64,000 nucleotides of DNA from IMG/VR virus record IMGVR_UViG_3300031977_002889. The stretch is one strand, 5' to 3'. Within the stretch, counting starts at the first letter, position 1; each line of letters starts with the position of its first letter. This DNA comes from a virus. Shown piece after piece: positions 1 through 8,426 of the stretch. A program made the position numbers and the translations under genes. The notes under the pieces were generated by a model, which searched no databases, was not told the DNA's origin, and saw only the letters and a list, made by a program, of their open reading frames with translations.

Positions 1-23
1 CTGGACTAATGTAATCGTCAGTA

Positions 24-596
24 TTAATCATATCTATTTGCCGTTATAGTAATTTCTTCAATGCACATTTTTGATTCTGTAATGTATTTAATACATTCTG
101 CTACTTCTTCTACTGTTAATTTCTTTTCTTCTGGGTGTAATCTATCAACATAAGGAGTATGCATATGACCAACACTAATATATGTGCATAAAATTCCTGG
201 ACTTACATTTGTTCTATTGTGATTAATAGTTTGACAAATATTTTCTAATGCTACCTTTTCGGCTCTATAACTTACGTATTTAATCCACGGCTGTTCAGTA
301 TTAATGTGATCAGTAATACTTCCAATTCCAATTAAATGACCAGTTTTTCCAGCCTCAAGCCAAGAAACATATATTTTATGCATCATTCTTGCTTGCACAT
401 ATGCTAAATTACCAACTAAGGTGTGAGCATTTAATATAACGCCGTCATACTGATGAGTAAGTTCTACAAATTTATTTTGAATTTCCTCATCATTTATATC
501 CCATCCATTACTTCTACTATAAAAATCACTATCTAGAACTTTTGCTATTCCAGACGCTAATCCAGTTTCTGGATTACCTGTTGTTATAAACTGCAT
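24..596 (-). CDS. short-chain dehydrogenase/reductase (SDR)-like protein
   Basis: N-terminal TGxxxxGL Rossmann-like motif, LNA, IGS and YxxxK (YRAEK) catalytic motif. Confidence 0.7.
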   Translation of the reverse strand: MQFITTGNPETGLASGIAKVLDSDFYSRSNGWDINDEEIQNKFVELTHQYDGVILNAHTLVGNLAYVQARMMHKIYVSWLEAGKTGHLIGIGSITDHINTEQPWIKYVSYRAEKVALENICQTINHNRTNVSPGILCTYISVGHMHTPYVDRLHPEEKKLTVEEVAECIKYITESKMCIEEITITANRYD

Positions 597-1215
597 AAAC
601 TGCTTCCTTATTCGCTGTTATCATTTCACGGTATTTGCGAAACTCTTCATTTTCTTGGGGTGTTGTATCTACTACATCGTCAGCATCAATAAAAAGTATA
701 TTTACTCTTGGAGCGGCAGTGCCATTTGTAGTGCTATGCAACACATGAGTATTAATCCAATATGCTTTGCCTGGTTTCAGGCTAAAAACAATTTCATCTT
801 TTGGAAAAACAAAATAATCCAATGGTGGTATTGTGAAAACTGGTATTTGATATCTATCTTTAAAATTGTCACAGTGCGTAGGATAACAGTCACCTTCAGC
901 TAATAACATAATTCGAACAGCTGCTGGATTAGGATGAATTTTATTTACACATTCTTTTATATATGGAATTTCTAATTCTGGATTCCAATGCCATTTTGTG
1001 CCTTTGCGATTATCTTCTTCAACTATATCGCCGTTTGGATTATACCCAATACGGCCATGAGAAATCCAATCTTCGGGGTTTTTTGTATTATATTGTAACC
1101 ACCACCATTTCTGCCGGCCTCCTAAACTTGGATTGTCACGTATTACTTTAAGAACTTCTTGTTTAAGCAAATCTACATCAAAATTAAAATTATATTCTTT
1201 ATAGAGATGATCCAT
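574..1215 (-). CDS. 2OG-Fe(II) dioxygenase, aspartyl/asparaginyl beta-hydroxylase-like
   Basis: RIM...HCD...HSTTNG...R facial triad pattern. Confidence 0.7.
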   Translation of the reverse strand: MDHLYKEYNFNFDVDLLKQEVLKVIRDNPSLGGRQKWWWLQYNTKNPEDWISHGRIGYNPNGDIVEEDNRKGTKWHWNPELEIPYIKECVNKIHPNPAAVRIMLLAEGDCYPTHCDNFKDRYQIPVFTIPPLDYFVFPKDEIVFSLKPGKAYWINTHVLHSTTNGTAAPRVNILFIDADDVVDTTPQENEEFRKYREMITANKEAVYAVYNNR

Positions 1216-1900
1216 TGAATTCCTCTGGTTTCATAAATGGTTTTAAATATTTATTCTCTTTTCCATGGGCGTAATCTAAAGCTGGATGCCTGTGTGGCAT
1301 TACAGGATAATAATCAACTCGGCTGCTATGTGCCACGTGTGTCCATCCTCCTTCTCTTCCAATACAATATTTACTTGTTGAAATTAATTTACAATTTTCT
1401 TCAATACTCATATGGCTGCCTAATTCAATAGGATTATCAATATATTGAATTATTTCTTCACTTACATTTCTTGGTAAAGTATATGCATGTCCGTTATAAA
1501 TTTCTTCTGGTCCAGTGGTATAATAGCACACATGATCTTGAGGATTTCTTTTAAATCGCGTAGGATAATATTCATGTCTTAAAATACATGGAATAGTTTG
1601 AATCTCGTCTTCTGTATAATTTGGTGCTCTAAGATCTTTAAGATTCTCTTTCCAAGATTTCTGAGGATCTATTTCTAAATGTATTGTTGGTTTTTTATGA
1701 ACAATAAGCGGATACTGTGGTTCTTGAAAACATGTCAGTATTTCACACCATTTACTATAGTTCCTATCATTTAAACATAAATCTATATTTAATTCTTCTT
1801 TTTGATTTACTAATAGCCAACTTATATTTTGCCATAATCCACCGAGACCCATATAATCAAAATTAAAAAACATTACCCTTTGCATTTTTGAGCATACCAA
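1199..1900 (-). CDS. glycosyltransferase-like protein (GT-B, GT9-like C-terminal motif)
   Basis: GLGG near N-terminus and CIGREGGWTHVAH resembling the GT9 IGxDSGxxHLA motif; true start probably about 1873. Confidence 0.45.
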   Translation of the reverse strand: MVCSKMQRVMFFNFDYMGLGGLWQNISWLLVNQKEELNIDLCLNDRNYSKWCEILTCFQEPQYPLIVHKKPTIHLEIDPQKSWKENLKDLRAPNYTEDEIQTIPCILRHEYYPTRFKRNPQDHVCYYTTGPEEIYNGHAYTLPRNVSEEIIQYIDNPIELGSHMSIEENCKLISTSKYCIGREGGWTHVAHSSRVDYYPVMPHRHPALDYAHGKENKYLKPFMKPEEFNGSSL

Positions 1901-2346
1901 CTTAAAGGAAGATTTAGAAATTTATAATCTTGACCAGTTACTTTACCTCTACAACTCGATGCTCCACAATTACAATTTGGAATAGGATCTTTTTTAGTCA
2001 ACATGAATGTTCCATAATCTACTGTTAAATATTCATCAGCTTCGATATCTCTTAGAGCTCTAAATACTACTTGTCCATCTATATAAACATTGGGTTCACA
2101 ACTATGATTAATATAAGCTTGATATTCTGCACCTTCAGGCAAATCAATTACTAAATCTTTGTCAATCAGTAATCCTTTATACCACTTATGATTCGATAAA
2201 TGTCGTGCTAATCCACCCACAACAAATATTATTTCATCTTTTTTTATTTTAGCCGTAGCTTTTCGACAAAGGCCATGAACATTATGCTCTTTAACGACCG
2301 TATCTTTATTGATATGAAAAAAATTCATTAAACTTTGGATCCTCAA
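1873..2346 (-). CDS. SET-domain protein-lysine methyltransferase with post-SET zinc motif
   Basis: INHSCEPN, ALRDIEADEYLTVDYG and CNCGASSCRG motifs. Confidence 0.9.
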   Translation of the reverse strand: MRIQSLMNFFHINKDTVVKEHNVHGLCRKATAKIKKDEIIFVVGGLARHLSNHKWYKGLLIDKDLVIDLPEGAEYQAYINHSCEPNVYIDGQVVFRALRDIEADEYLTVDYGTFMLTKKDPIPNCNCGASSCRGKVTGQDYKFLNLPLSWYAQKCKG

Positions 2347-3064
2347 AATTTGCCATAACTAATGCGTGATATCTTGTTTTACCTTTTTTATTATTTACTG
2401 CATGATTGTGCTGTGTATTAATTATCCATGCCTCATTAAATTTATAATATTCAATGTGATGTTTATAATCCATATACACAATCATTGAGGTATCTTCGTT
2501 TGTGACTAGTGGTATATGCAAATAAGCATGCGTATATATTGGTTCATAGTAACAATGACTATGCCAATTTATTCTTTCGCTATCATCTACTTTACTAATT
2601 AATACTCTGTCGCACATTTCCCATGTTACAAACTTTTCGATTACAGATCTGATATATGGTAATTTTAAAGTGGTATCAACCATATGTTCTGGTGGTACTC
2701 GACCATCTTTAATTAAATGAGATTTTCCTAATATCTCCATAAAATCCCAAGTTTCACCAAATCCAAAATCTGGATCTTCACACCAGTTTCTTAGAAATTT
2801 AGACGTCCAATAACTACTTGTTCCTTGGCCTCGTGTACCCTTTACGTCGTTATTATATCCGTTCCATTGACCATCAATAGAATTTAATTCTGTTAATATT
2901 TTATCTTGATCTAAATTTAATTTATCGGCTAATTTATAGTGAGGAACATGCAATAGTTGTTTTGCTATAGGATGAATAGCTCTATCGCTTGCACACCGAG
3001 GGTTGCAAGTCGAATCAAATGCAGGAGCATTTTCTACATCTTCAAGTCTCCAATGTAGATCCAT
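2306..3064 (-). CDS. 2OG-Fe(II) dioxygenase, Asp/Asn beta-hydroxylase-like
   Basis: WHSH...LHIPLVTN...NTQHNHAVNN...RYH; HxH in place of HxD. Confidence 0.65.
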   Translation of the reverse strand: MDLHWRLEDVENAPAFDSTCNPRCASDRAIHPIAKQLLHVPHYKLADKLNLDQDKILTELNSIDGQWNGYNNDVKGTRGQGTSSYWTSKFLRNWCEDPDFGFGETWDFMEILGKSHLIKDGRVPPEHMVDTTLKLPYIRSVIEKFVTWEMCDRVLISKVDDSERINWHSHCYYEPIYTHAYLHIPLVTNEDTSMIVYMDYKHHIEYYKFNEAWIINTQHNHAVNNKKGKTRYHALVMANFEDPKFNEFFSYQ

Positions 3065-3371
3065 ATGATTTTACCTCTTTTATATCGCTTTGCCATAAAT
3101 CATCAATAATACGTTTAATATGAGATCTTAAATCATTTAAAGGAGCTATTAAATAATCTCCATCATGAAAATTATTTCTTTTTTTCTCTTCTAAATTCCA
3201 TAGTTGCTCATTGATAGATTTAAGTATATTAAAAAAATATTGTATATCCTTGTATTCTTCTAAATTATATTGCAAAATTTCTTTATGAACATTTAATCCA
3301 TGATCCATTTTAATTTGAAGTATAGTTGCTCTATCAACATATTCTCCAATACCAATTTCAACTTTAGGCAT
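3042..3371 (-). CDS. DUF6165-like protein
   Basis: IGIGEYVDRATILQIK...INEQLWNLEE...NDLRSHIKR...EVKSY pattern. Confidence 0.6.
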   Translation of the reverse strand: MPKVEIGIGEYVDRATILQIKMDHGLNVHKEILQYNLEEYKDIQYFFNILKSINEQLWNLEEKKRNNFHDGDYLIAPLNDLRSHIKRIIDDLWQSDIKEVKSYGSTLET

Positions 3372-3843
3372 CTACACAACCTACTAAATGAATACGTGTT
3401 TCCCAACTTGCATTTACTGCAGTATGTCTTTGAACAGTATCAACCCAATAAACTGATCCATCTCCTTTTAATCGATGCAGATTATCTTCTAATATAAAAA
3501 AACAATTGTCATTTGTAGCTAAAGGAATATGAATCCTAGGAGTAAAATCTCGATGATAAGAATAACATGTTTTAGAATCTTGCACCATTATACGAGTTCT
3601 AAACATATTAAATTTTTCCATAATAGAATTAGTATATGGTATATTAAATAAAGGAATACGAAAAGCTTTTTCTTGATCTCTCGGATGTATATTTTGATCG
3701 TGTGTAAATTCAGCAACTGCGCCTGTGCCGTAATACGGATCTTGATCTTTTGATATTCCTTGTAAACAAAGAGTTCCTTCAGGCAATGTTTTCAACTCTT
3801 CTTGTATTGTTTCTATGTTTACTTTATCTAAAAATTTTATCAT
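3364..3843 (-). CDS. 2OG-Fe(II) dioxygenase, Asp/Asn beta-hydroxylase-like
   Basis: YHRD...RIHIPLATN...HTAVN...RIHLV. Confidence 0.75.
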   Translation of the reverse strand: MIKFLDKVNIETIQEELKTLPEGTLCLQGISKDQDPYYGTGAVAEFTHDQNIHPRDQEKAFRIPLFNIPYTNSIMEKFNMFRTRIMVQDSKTCYSYHRDFTPRIHIPLATNDNCFFILEDNLHRLKGDGSVYWVDTVQRHTAVNASWETRIHLVGCVDA

Positions 3844-4312
3844 TGTTAATCCTTAATACATATTGCATTCCACCATAATGTAATTGTTCATAAGTAATAT
3901 TCCAATTGTATTTACTCATTTTTTGAAACGCTTTAAATAAATTAGGACTTTCTTCTCTCGACACCCATATATTTTTATAGCCCATATCTAAACATTTTTC
4001 GGCCGATAAATCTAATGTTGTTGTTCCGCGTTTTAAATCAGCTTTCCATCCACCAAAATCATAATTTCTATCTCTCGTATGTCGTGACATAATTCTTATT
4101 GAACCATTGTATTCTGGTATTTCAACTGCAGCGCTATAATATACCATATTATCATAATTATCCCAACCCATTCTTGCAAACTTAGTATATTCAAATAAAG
4201 GATTTTTTAAATAATTATCTTCGTGTTTGTGGCCACGATTTTTTTCAAATAACTCATTTATATATGGAATATATTTTTCTATCTTATCCAGTTTCCAAAT
4301 CATCTGTTCCAT
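3824..4312 (-). CDS. hypothetical protein, possible GNAT-like fold
   Basis: Tightly packed ORF; RIMSR...GYKNIWVSRE pattern loosely resembles GNAT motifs. Confidence 0.35.
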   Translation of the reverse strand: MEQMIWKLDKIEKYIPYINELFEKNRGHKHEDNYLKNPLFEYTKFARMGWDNYDNMVYYSAAVEIPEYNGSIRIMSRHTRDRNYDFGGWKADLKRGTTTLDLSAEKCLDMGYKNIWVSREESPNLFKAFQKMSKYNWNITYEQLHYGGMQYVLRINNDKIFR

Positions 4313-4895
4313 CTAAGCTAAACATTAATGCAATTCGTGGTTTATTAGACATATTCATTACAGCATGTGGATATCCGATATTAAGAAAATACGCTTGACC
4401 GTTTTCTAAATTATAAGCTTCTAATTCACCATCGCGTCGAAATACATTGACCACATTTCTATCGCCATAAATTGGACAAATGCAACGAACAGCATATGAT
4501 ACATCATAATCAACATGAAATGGAATCGCTTTACCGGGTGCTAGCTTAGTAATTCGTATACGACTTGCTGGTGCTTTTAATTGAGTTACAATTTCTTCAA
4601 AATAACTGTTAGTATAATCTTCTGTTGGAATATTATAAAGATGTTCTTCTTTACGACGCAATCTTTCTTTAATGCTTGCCGTGTGTGGTAAAATTTCACT
4701 TGGAGTTGTTAAATTGATTTGTTCGAAGTTATCATACACCTGACCTACTAGTTCCATATGATTATCACACAGCATAGGATTAGCTGTACGAACATCAGTA
4801 AATTTTGTTGCCAATTTATCTGTAGCTTTTTGTAATTTATCTAAATCAATATTTAGATTAAAATTTTTAACTGTCGGTAAATTTTGTTTTCTCAT
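4284..4895 (-). CDS. 2OG-Fe(II) dioxygenase, Asp/Asn beta-hydroxylase-like
   Basis: RIRITKLAPG...FHVD...HAVMN...RIALM. Confidence 0.8.
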   Translation of the reverse strand: MRKQNLPTVKNFNLNIDLDKLQKATDKLATKFTDVRTANPMLCDNHMELVGQVYDNFEQINLTTPSEILPHTASIKERLRRKEEHLYNIPTEDYTNSYFEEIVTQLKAPASRIRITKLAPGKAIPFHVDYDVSYAVRCICPIYGDRNVVNVFRRDGELEAYNLENGQAYFLNIGYPHAVMNMSNKPRIALMFSLDGTDDLETG

Positions 4896-5659
4896 AGTTT
4901 ATAAATTCCTGCTAGACAAATTCGCGCTTGTTTTCCTCTTTTAAACTTTTCATATTCATCATCTTCTGTTGTTGCTAACCAAACTGAATCACTTGGTTTA
5001 AAATCCATTTGTTTACAAATTTCTTTTTGCTGATCTTTTAATTTGTTCCAAATAAAATCAATATCAAAATTACTTATAATAGTTTCTGCTATATCATGTG
5101 CATAATAATTATAATATTTTGCTGAGTGTATTAAACTATCTAATTTTTTATCAGGCCTTTTGGTAAAATACCAACCAGTTCTTACGTTACGAATACCAAA
5201 TGGTTTCGATAAACTAAAGAAAATATGTTCAACATTTGAACCAATTTCTATTTTTTTTATCTTTGTACTTCCAACATATGCTAAATCTAAAGCTAAAGAA
5301 CCTGAATGTATTTTTGTAAAGTTTCCATCAATAGCACTAGGCCAACTTTGATATTTAATACACTCTTCGTACGGATTACCTTTTGGACTAATCCATTGAT
5401 AGTCGCCTTCATCCATATAGACAGATCTAGTTTCTTGGTGATACCACCAATCCAATCCTTGAGTAATTCCATTCATAGGATAAACATTGTAGTTAGTTAA
5501 ATCAATGATTGGTAATAACCATTCTTTAATATTAGTTTTATAAAGTTCTACGCTATCATAATCTGGATCAACAGTGTCAATAATTTGTTTAACTTCAGTT
5601 AATACTGGTGTTCTTATAGCTTTACTAAGATTTAATATGCTATCTTTTATGGTGGTCAT
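4892..5659 (-). CDS. PLP-dependent aminotransferase class I/II-like protein (compact)
   Basis: DLAY and SLSKPFGIRNVRTGW PLP-lysine motif; start refined to MTTIK. Confidence 0.7.
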   Translation of the reverse strand: MTTIKDSILNLSKAIRTPVLTEVKQIIDTVDPDYDSVELYKTNIKEWLLPIIDLTNYNVYPMNGITQGLDWWYHQETRSVYMDEGDYQWISPKGNPYEECIKYQSWPSAIDGNFTKIHSGSLALDLAYVGSTKIKKIEIGSNVEHIFFSLSKPFGIRNVRTGWYFTKRPDKKLDSLIHSAKYYNYYAHDIAETIISNFDIDFIWNKLKDQQKEICKQMDFKPSDSVWLATTEDDEYEKFKRGKQARICLAGIYKL

Positions 5660-6200
5660 AATGGTTTCCTTCAAACGGAGCAAATAAATTAATCCACCAT
5701 TTATTTACTGGTCCTTTTTTTGAATGTCCTAATAAATTTAGCATTCCATAAAACACATACGAATATATATATACTAACAAAAAATGGTAAAAAAAGCCAT
5801 AATATAATGCAATCATCCAAGTTACTGCCATTGTCATTAAACCATACTTATGAAAAAACATTATTCTTGGATTTTGATATAAATCTTTTACAAATTTTCG
5901 CGGGATATTTTTTATTCTCCAAGTTGAGAACAATATTTGATGCCATTTTTTATATAATGGACTATGAGGATCTTTAGGAGTATCTGAATATGCATGATGC
6001 ATTCTATGAATTCCAGACCAACTTAATGCGGACTGACCTCCACATAATACACCGCAATAAAGCATAATACATTGTCCTATAGGAGATACTTTTATTTCAC
6101 CATGTGAGAAACAACGATGATAGCCAAACGTAATACCTATAGAAGCTAAGATATAATATAAGATATAAGATTCAATGAATACCATAATACAATTCTCCAA
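5640..6200 (-). CDS. fatty acid (acyl-CoA/acyl-lipid delta-9-like) desaturase
   Basis: His boxes GYHRCFSH, HRMHH, NHYDHH; SDTPKDPHSP; hydrophobic helices. Confidence 0.9.
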   Translation of the reverse strand: MENCIMVFIESYILYYILASIGITFGYHRCFSHGEIKVSPIGQCIMLYCGVLCGGQSALSWSGIHRMHHAYSDTPKDPHSPLYKKWHQILFSTWRIKNIPRKFVKDLYQNPRIMFFHKYGLMTMAVTWMIALYYGFFYHFLLVYIYSYVFYGMLNLLGHSKKGPVNKWWINLFAPFEGNHYDHHKR

Positions 6201-6202
6201 AA

Positions 6203-6231
6203 TAAAAATAGAGGGCTAACCGTGGCCCTCT
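6203..6231 (-). terminator. intrinsic terminator after the porin-like gene
   Basis: Minus strand AGAGGGC-cacggtta-GCCCTCT followed by ATTTTTATTTT. Confidence 0.6.
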
Positions 6232-6274
6232 GCGTGCTTATTACGTAGCAACCCGATTCATAATATTATATATA

Positions 6275-6622
6275 TTAGAATTTAAAAGATGCACCTACTG
6301 TGAGGTTATCTTGATCGAAATCTTCATTAGTTTCGACTGTTACATATGCTTCAGCATTCTCTAAGAATGGATATCTCATAGACCATTCTAGATCCAACTT
6401 TTCGTCAGATAGATTTTGCATATCTAGTTCTGTTTCGACACCCCAGTTAATTCCCCAAAGGTTATAACCTACATATGGAGTAGCAGTAATTGCTTCTGCT
6501 TCTGTGTCGAAGTTGTATTCAGCTTCTAGCGTTGCGCCTGCTGAGAATCCACCGCCGAGTTCGGCGGCGTTGATAGTTGTTGCTGTCAATAGAGCAGCAG
6601 TTGTTAGTGCAATGAATTTCAA
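6275..6622 (-). CDS. small outer-membrane beta-barrel / porin-like protein
   Basis: Signal peptide, alternating beta-strand pattern, C-terminal ASFKF (terminal Phe). Confidence 0.65.
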   Translation of the reverse strand: MKFIALTTAALLTATTINAAELGGGFSAGATLEAEYNFDTEAEAITATPYVGYNLWGINWGVETELDMQNLSDEKLDLEWSMRYPFLENAEAYVTVETNEDFDQDNLTVGASFKF

Positions 6623-6634
6623 TATATCGTTCCT

Positions 6635-6865
6635 TTATTTACGATGCCAGATTTCGTATAGAACCCAAACTGCGATCAAACCAACTAGGCCTTGAGAACC
6701 AAGAGCAGCAATAATACCGCTTACGTTATCAATAACACTAGAAACGGGTAGGAAAGGAATGTTGCCTAGACCTAATACTTCTAAGACAATCATCAATGCT
6801 GCAAGACTAATACCGACTTCAGCAAGAGATCCTGCCCATGTTTTTACTTTGTTTAGAATTTCCAT
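6635..6865 (-). CDS. small two-helix membrane protein
   Basis: AAGGAG RBS; two hydrophobic segments. Confidence 0.6.
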   Translation of the reverse strand: MEILNKVKTWAGSLAEVGISLAALMIVLEVLGLGNIPFLPVSSVIDNVSGIIAALGSQGLVGLIAVWVLYEIWHRK

Positions 6866-6884
6866 TTAGAATTCTCCTTTGTTG

Positions 6885-7163
6885 AATAGTGTCACTTTTC
6901 TGTTGCTAGGTAAGTGACCAACCCCCTGTGTTATGCTGCTAAAGCGTAACCAGATGGTGCAAAGTTATCGTTTGCATTTGTGTTTCGTAGACTCAAATAC
7001 CAGTCGATCCTATTTCAGCCCCATCATAAACACACGACTTGTGACTTTCGGTCCTTGTCCTATGCACAGGAAAGCAGGTGCATCTACTCTCATGTGTTTA
7101 TGGTGGAGCTGCGCGGTACTGCCCCGCGGTCCTGAATACTCTCTAACATCTACTGTCGTTTAT
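6885..7163 (-). ncRNA. ssrA: circularly permuted (two-piece, alphaproteobacterial-type) tmRNA; tag ANDNFAPSGYALAA*
   Basis: Acceptor piece ends GGAC-CGCGG-GGCAGTA-CCGCG-CAGCTCCACCA at 7101; 78-nt intervening segment; coding piece starts GGGGCTGAAATAGGATCGAC at 7022 (G3.U pair); tag ORF 6975-6931; GCAACAGAA element downstream. Outer ends approximate. Confidence 0.95.
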
Positions 7164-7169
7164 TTATTA

Positions 7170-7199
7170 ATTCTACCACATCTGGGAGAAAATGTAAAC
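7170..7199 (-). promoter_or_regulatory. T4-like early (sigma70-type) promoter for the tmRNA
   Basis: GTTTACA-17-TAGAAT with extended TG. Confidence 0.75.
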
Positions 7200-7261
7200 C
7201 TTAAATATATGCTAAGTGACATTTGTGACATTTTTATCACTAAAGTTTAATACCATTATTT

Positions 7262-7269
7262 TATAAATA
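7262..7269 (+). promoter_or_regulatory. T4-like late promoter
   Basis: TATAAATA upstream of the plus-strand gene pair. Confidence 0.7.
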
Positions 7270-7321
7270 GCTACAAGAGCGGCAAATACATTGATCATGA
7301 GAGAACTAAAACGAGGACAAC

Positions 7322-7798
7322 ATGGTCGATCCAATTACGGCTGTCGGTTTGGCTACGACTGCATTTAACGGCATTAAGCAAGCCATATCGATGGGTAAAG
7401 ATATCCAGTCAATGGGTACACAATTAGGTCAATGGTCTAAGGCCATTTCTGATTTAAACTATTCGCATGAAAAAGCACAAAAACCACCTTGGTGGAAAAA
7501 ACTTGGTGGAGGCGTAGAAGCTAATGCCATGGAAGTGTGGATGCAAAAGAAAAAAGCTGATGAAATGAGAGAAGAATTAAGATCTCATATCAGTCTTTTT
7601 TATGGTCCATCTGCATGGGATGAAATAGTAAAAATTGAAGCACAAATGCGTAAAGAACAAAAAGAAGCAATTTACGCTAAAGAAGAAATGAAACAAAAAA
7701 TAATGGAATGGATAGTTGGTATTATTGCTACTCTAGTAGGAGGTGCAGTAGTTATATTTGTAATATGGTTAATAGGAAAAGGTCAAGGTCGTTGGTAA
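7322..7798 (+). CDS. hypothetical coiled-coil protein with C-terminal transmembrane helix
   Basis: GAGG RBS, late promoter, C-terminal hydrophobic helix. Confidence 0.7.
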   Translation: MVDPITAVGLATTAFNGIKQAISMGKDIQSMGTQLGQWSKAISDLNYSHEKAQKPPWWKKLGGGVEANAMEVWMQKKKADEMREELRSHISLFYGPSAWDEIVKIEAQMRKEQKEAIYAKEEMKQKIMEWIVGIIATLVGGAVVIFVIWLIGKGQGRW

Positions 7799-8011
7799 AT
7801 GTTAGCACATGTCTTTGTTCTTGTACTTATGATAGATGGTAAAATAGTAAGCCAAGACATGCACTTTTGGTCAATCGAAAGATGTAATTATTTTGCTGGG
7901 CAAATGGTGAAAAGATATGGTCGAGGTAAAATACCTGACGAACAATCACCATTTGCCTATTGCAAACCTAAATTAGTAGACACCAGCAAAATAAAACCAG
8001 AAGTTTATTAA
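7799..8011 (+). CDS. small hypothetical protein (hydrophobic N-terminus, two Cys)
   Basis: Abuts the previous gene (TAAATG). Confidence 0.6.
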   Translation: MLAHVFVLVLMIDGKIVSQDMHFWSIERCNYFAGQMVKRYGRGKIPDEQSPFAYCKPKLVDTSKIKPEVY

Positions 8012-8037
8012 TCATTTCAGAAGTTTATTAATCATTT
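7998..8037. repeat. perfect 20-bp tandem duplication at a convergent gene junction
   Basis: CAGAAGTTTATTAATCATTT x2. Confidence 0.9.
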
Positions 8038-8426
8038 AAATCATGATTATGAATTGCCATAATCGCATAATGAATTACTTTCTGTAAATCTTTACGGCCT
8101 TGTTCACGATCACCTTTCTTTCCATAGCGCTGAGCATACTTCAAGATATTTCCAATACAGAAACCTTCGGCATGGCCACTATCGAAAATAAATTCTGTAG
8201 CTTGAAATTTATTTTTAGCATAGTGCTGATTATATGTTGAATCGATATAATCTTGCATTTCATCTAAAAGGCCTTTTTCATTGAACTTATATTCAATAGT
8301 AGAAGGCCAACCAAATGTATAATCTTCAGTTTCTTTAGGATTAAATCCCAAAGTCATATTACTCATATTGCTTGTATCAATTGTGATGAATCCATCATCT
8401 TCAAGATCTTTTTTCTTCTGAGCCAT
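8028..8426 (-). CDS. DUF3310 family / putative nucleotide kinase
   Basis: HY...GFCIGNILKYAQRYGKK...DLQKVIHY. Confidence 0.75.
   Translation of the reverse strand: MAQKKKDLEDDGFITIDTSNMSNMTLGFNPKETEDYTFGWPSTIEYKFNEKGLLDEMQDYIDSTYNQHYAKNKFQATEFIFDSGHAEGFCIGNILKYAQRYGKKGDREQGRKDLQKVIHYAIMAIHNHDLND

Noticed and set aside
7023-7100. Possible hammerhead ribozyme in the tmRNA spacer
   Set aside because: Has GAAA and GUC but lacks the CUGANGA core
7095-7135. tRNA-Ala-like arm ending in CCA
   Set aside because: It is the acceptor piece of the permuted tmRNA; no anticodon arm. No standalone tRNA was seen in the window.
6933-7250. 105-aa plus-strand ORF
   Set aside because: Antisense shadow of the tmRNA gene and its promoter
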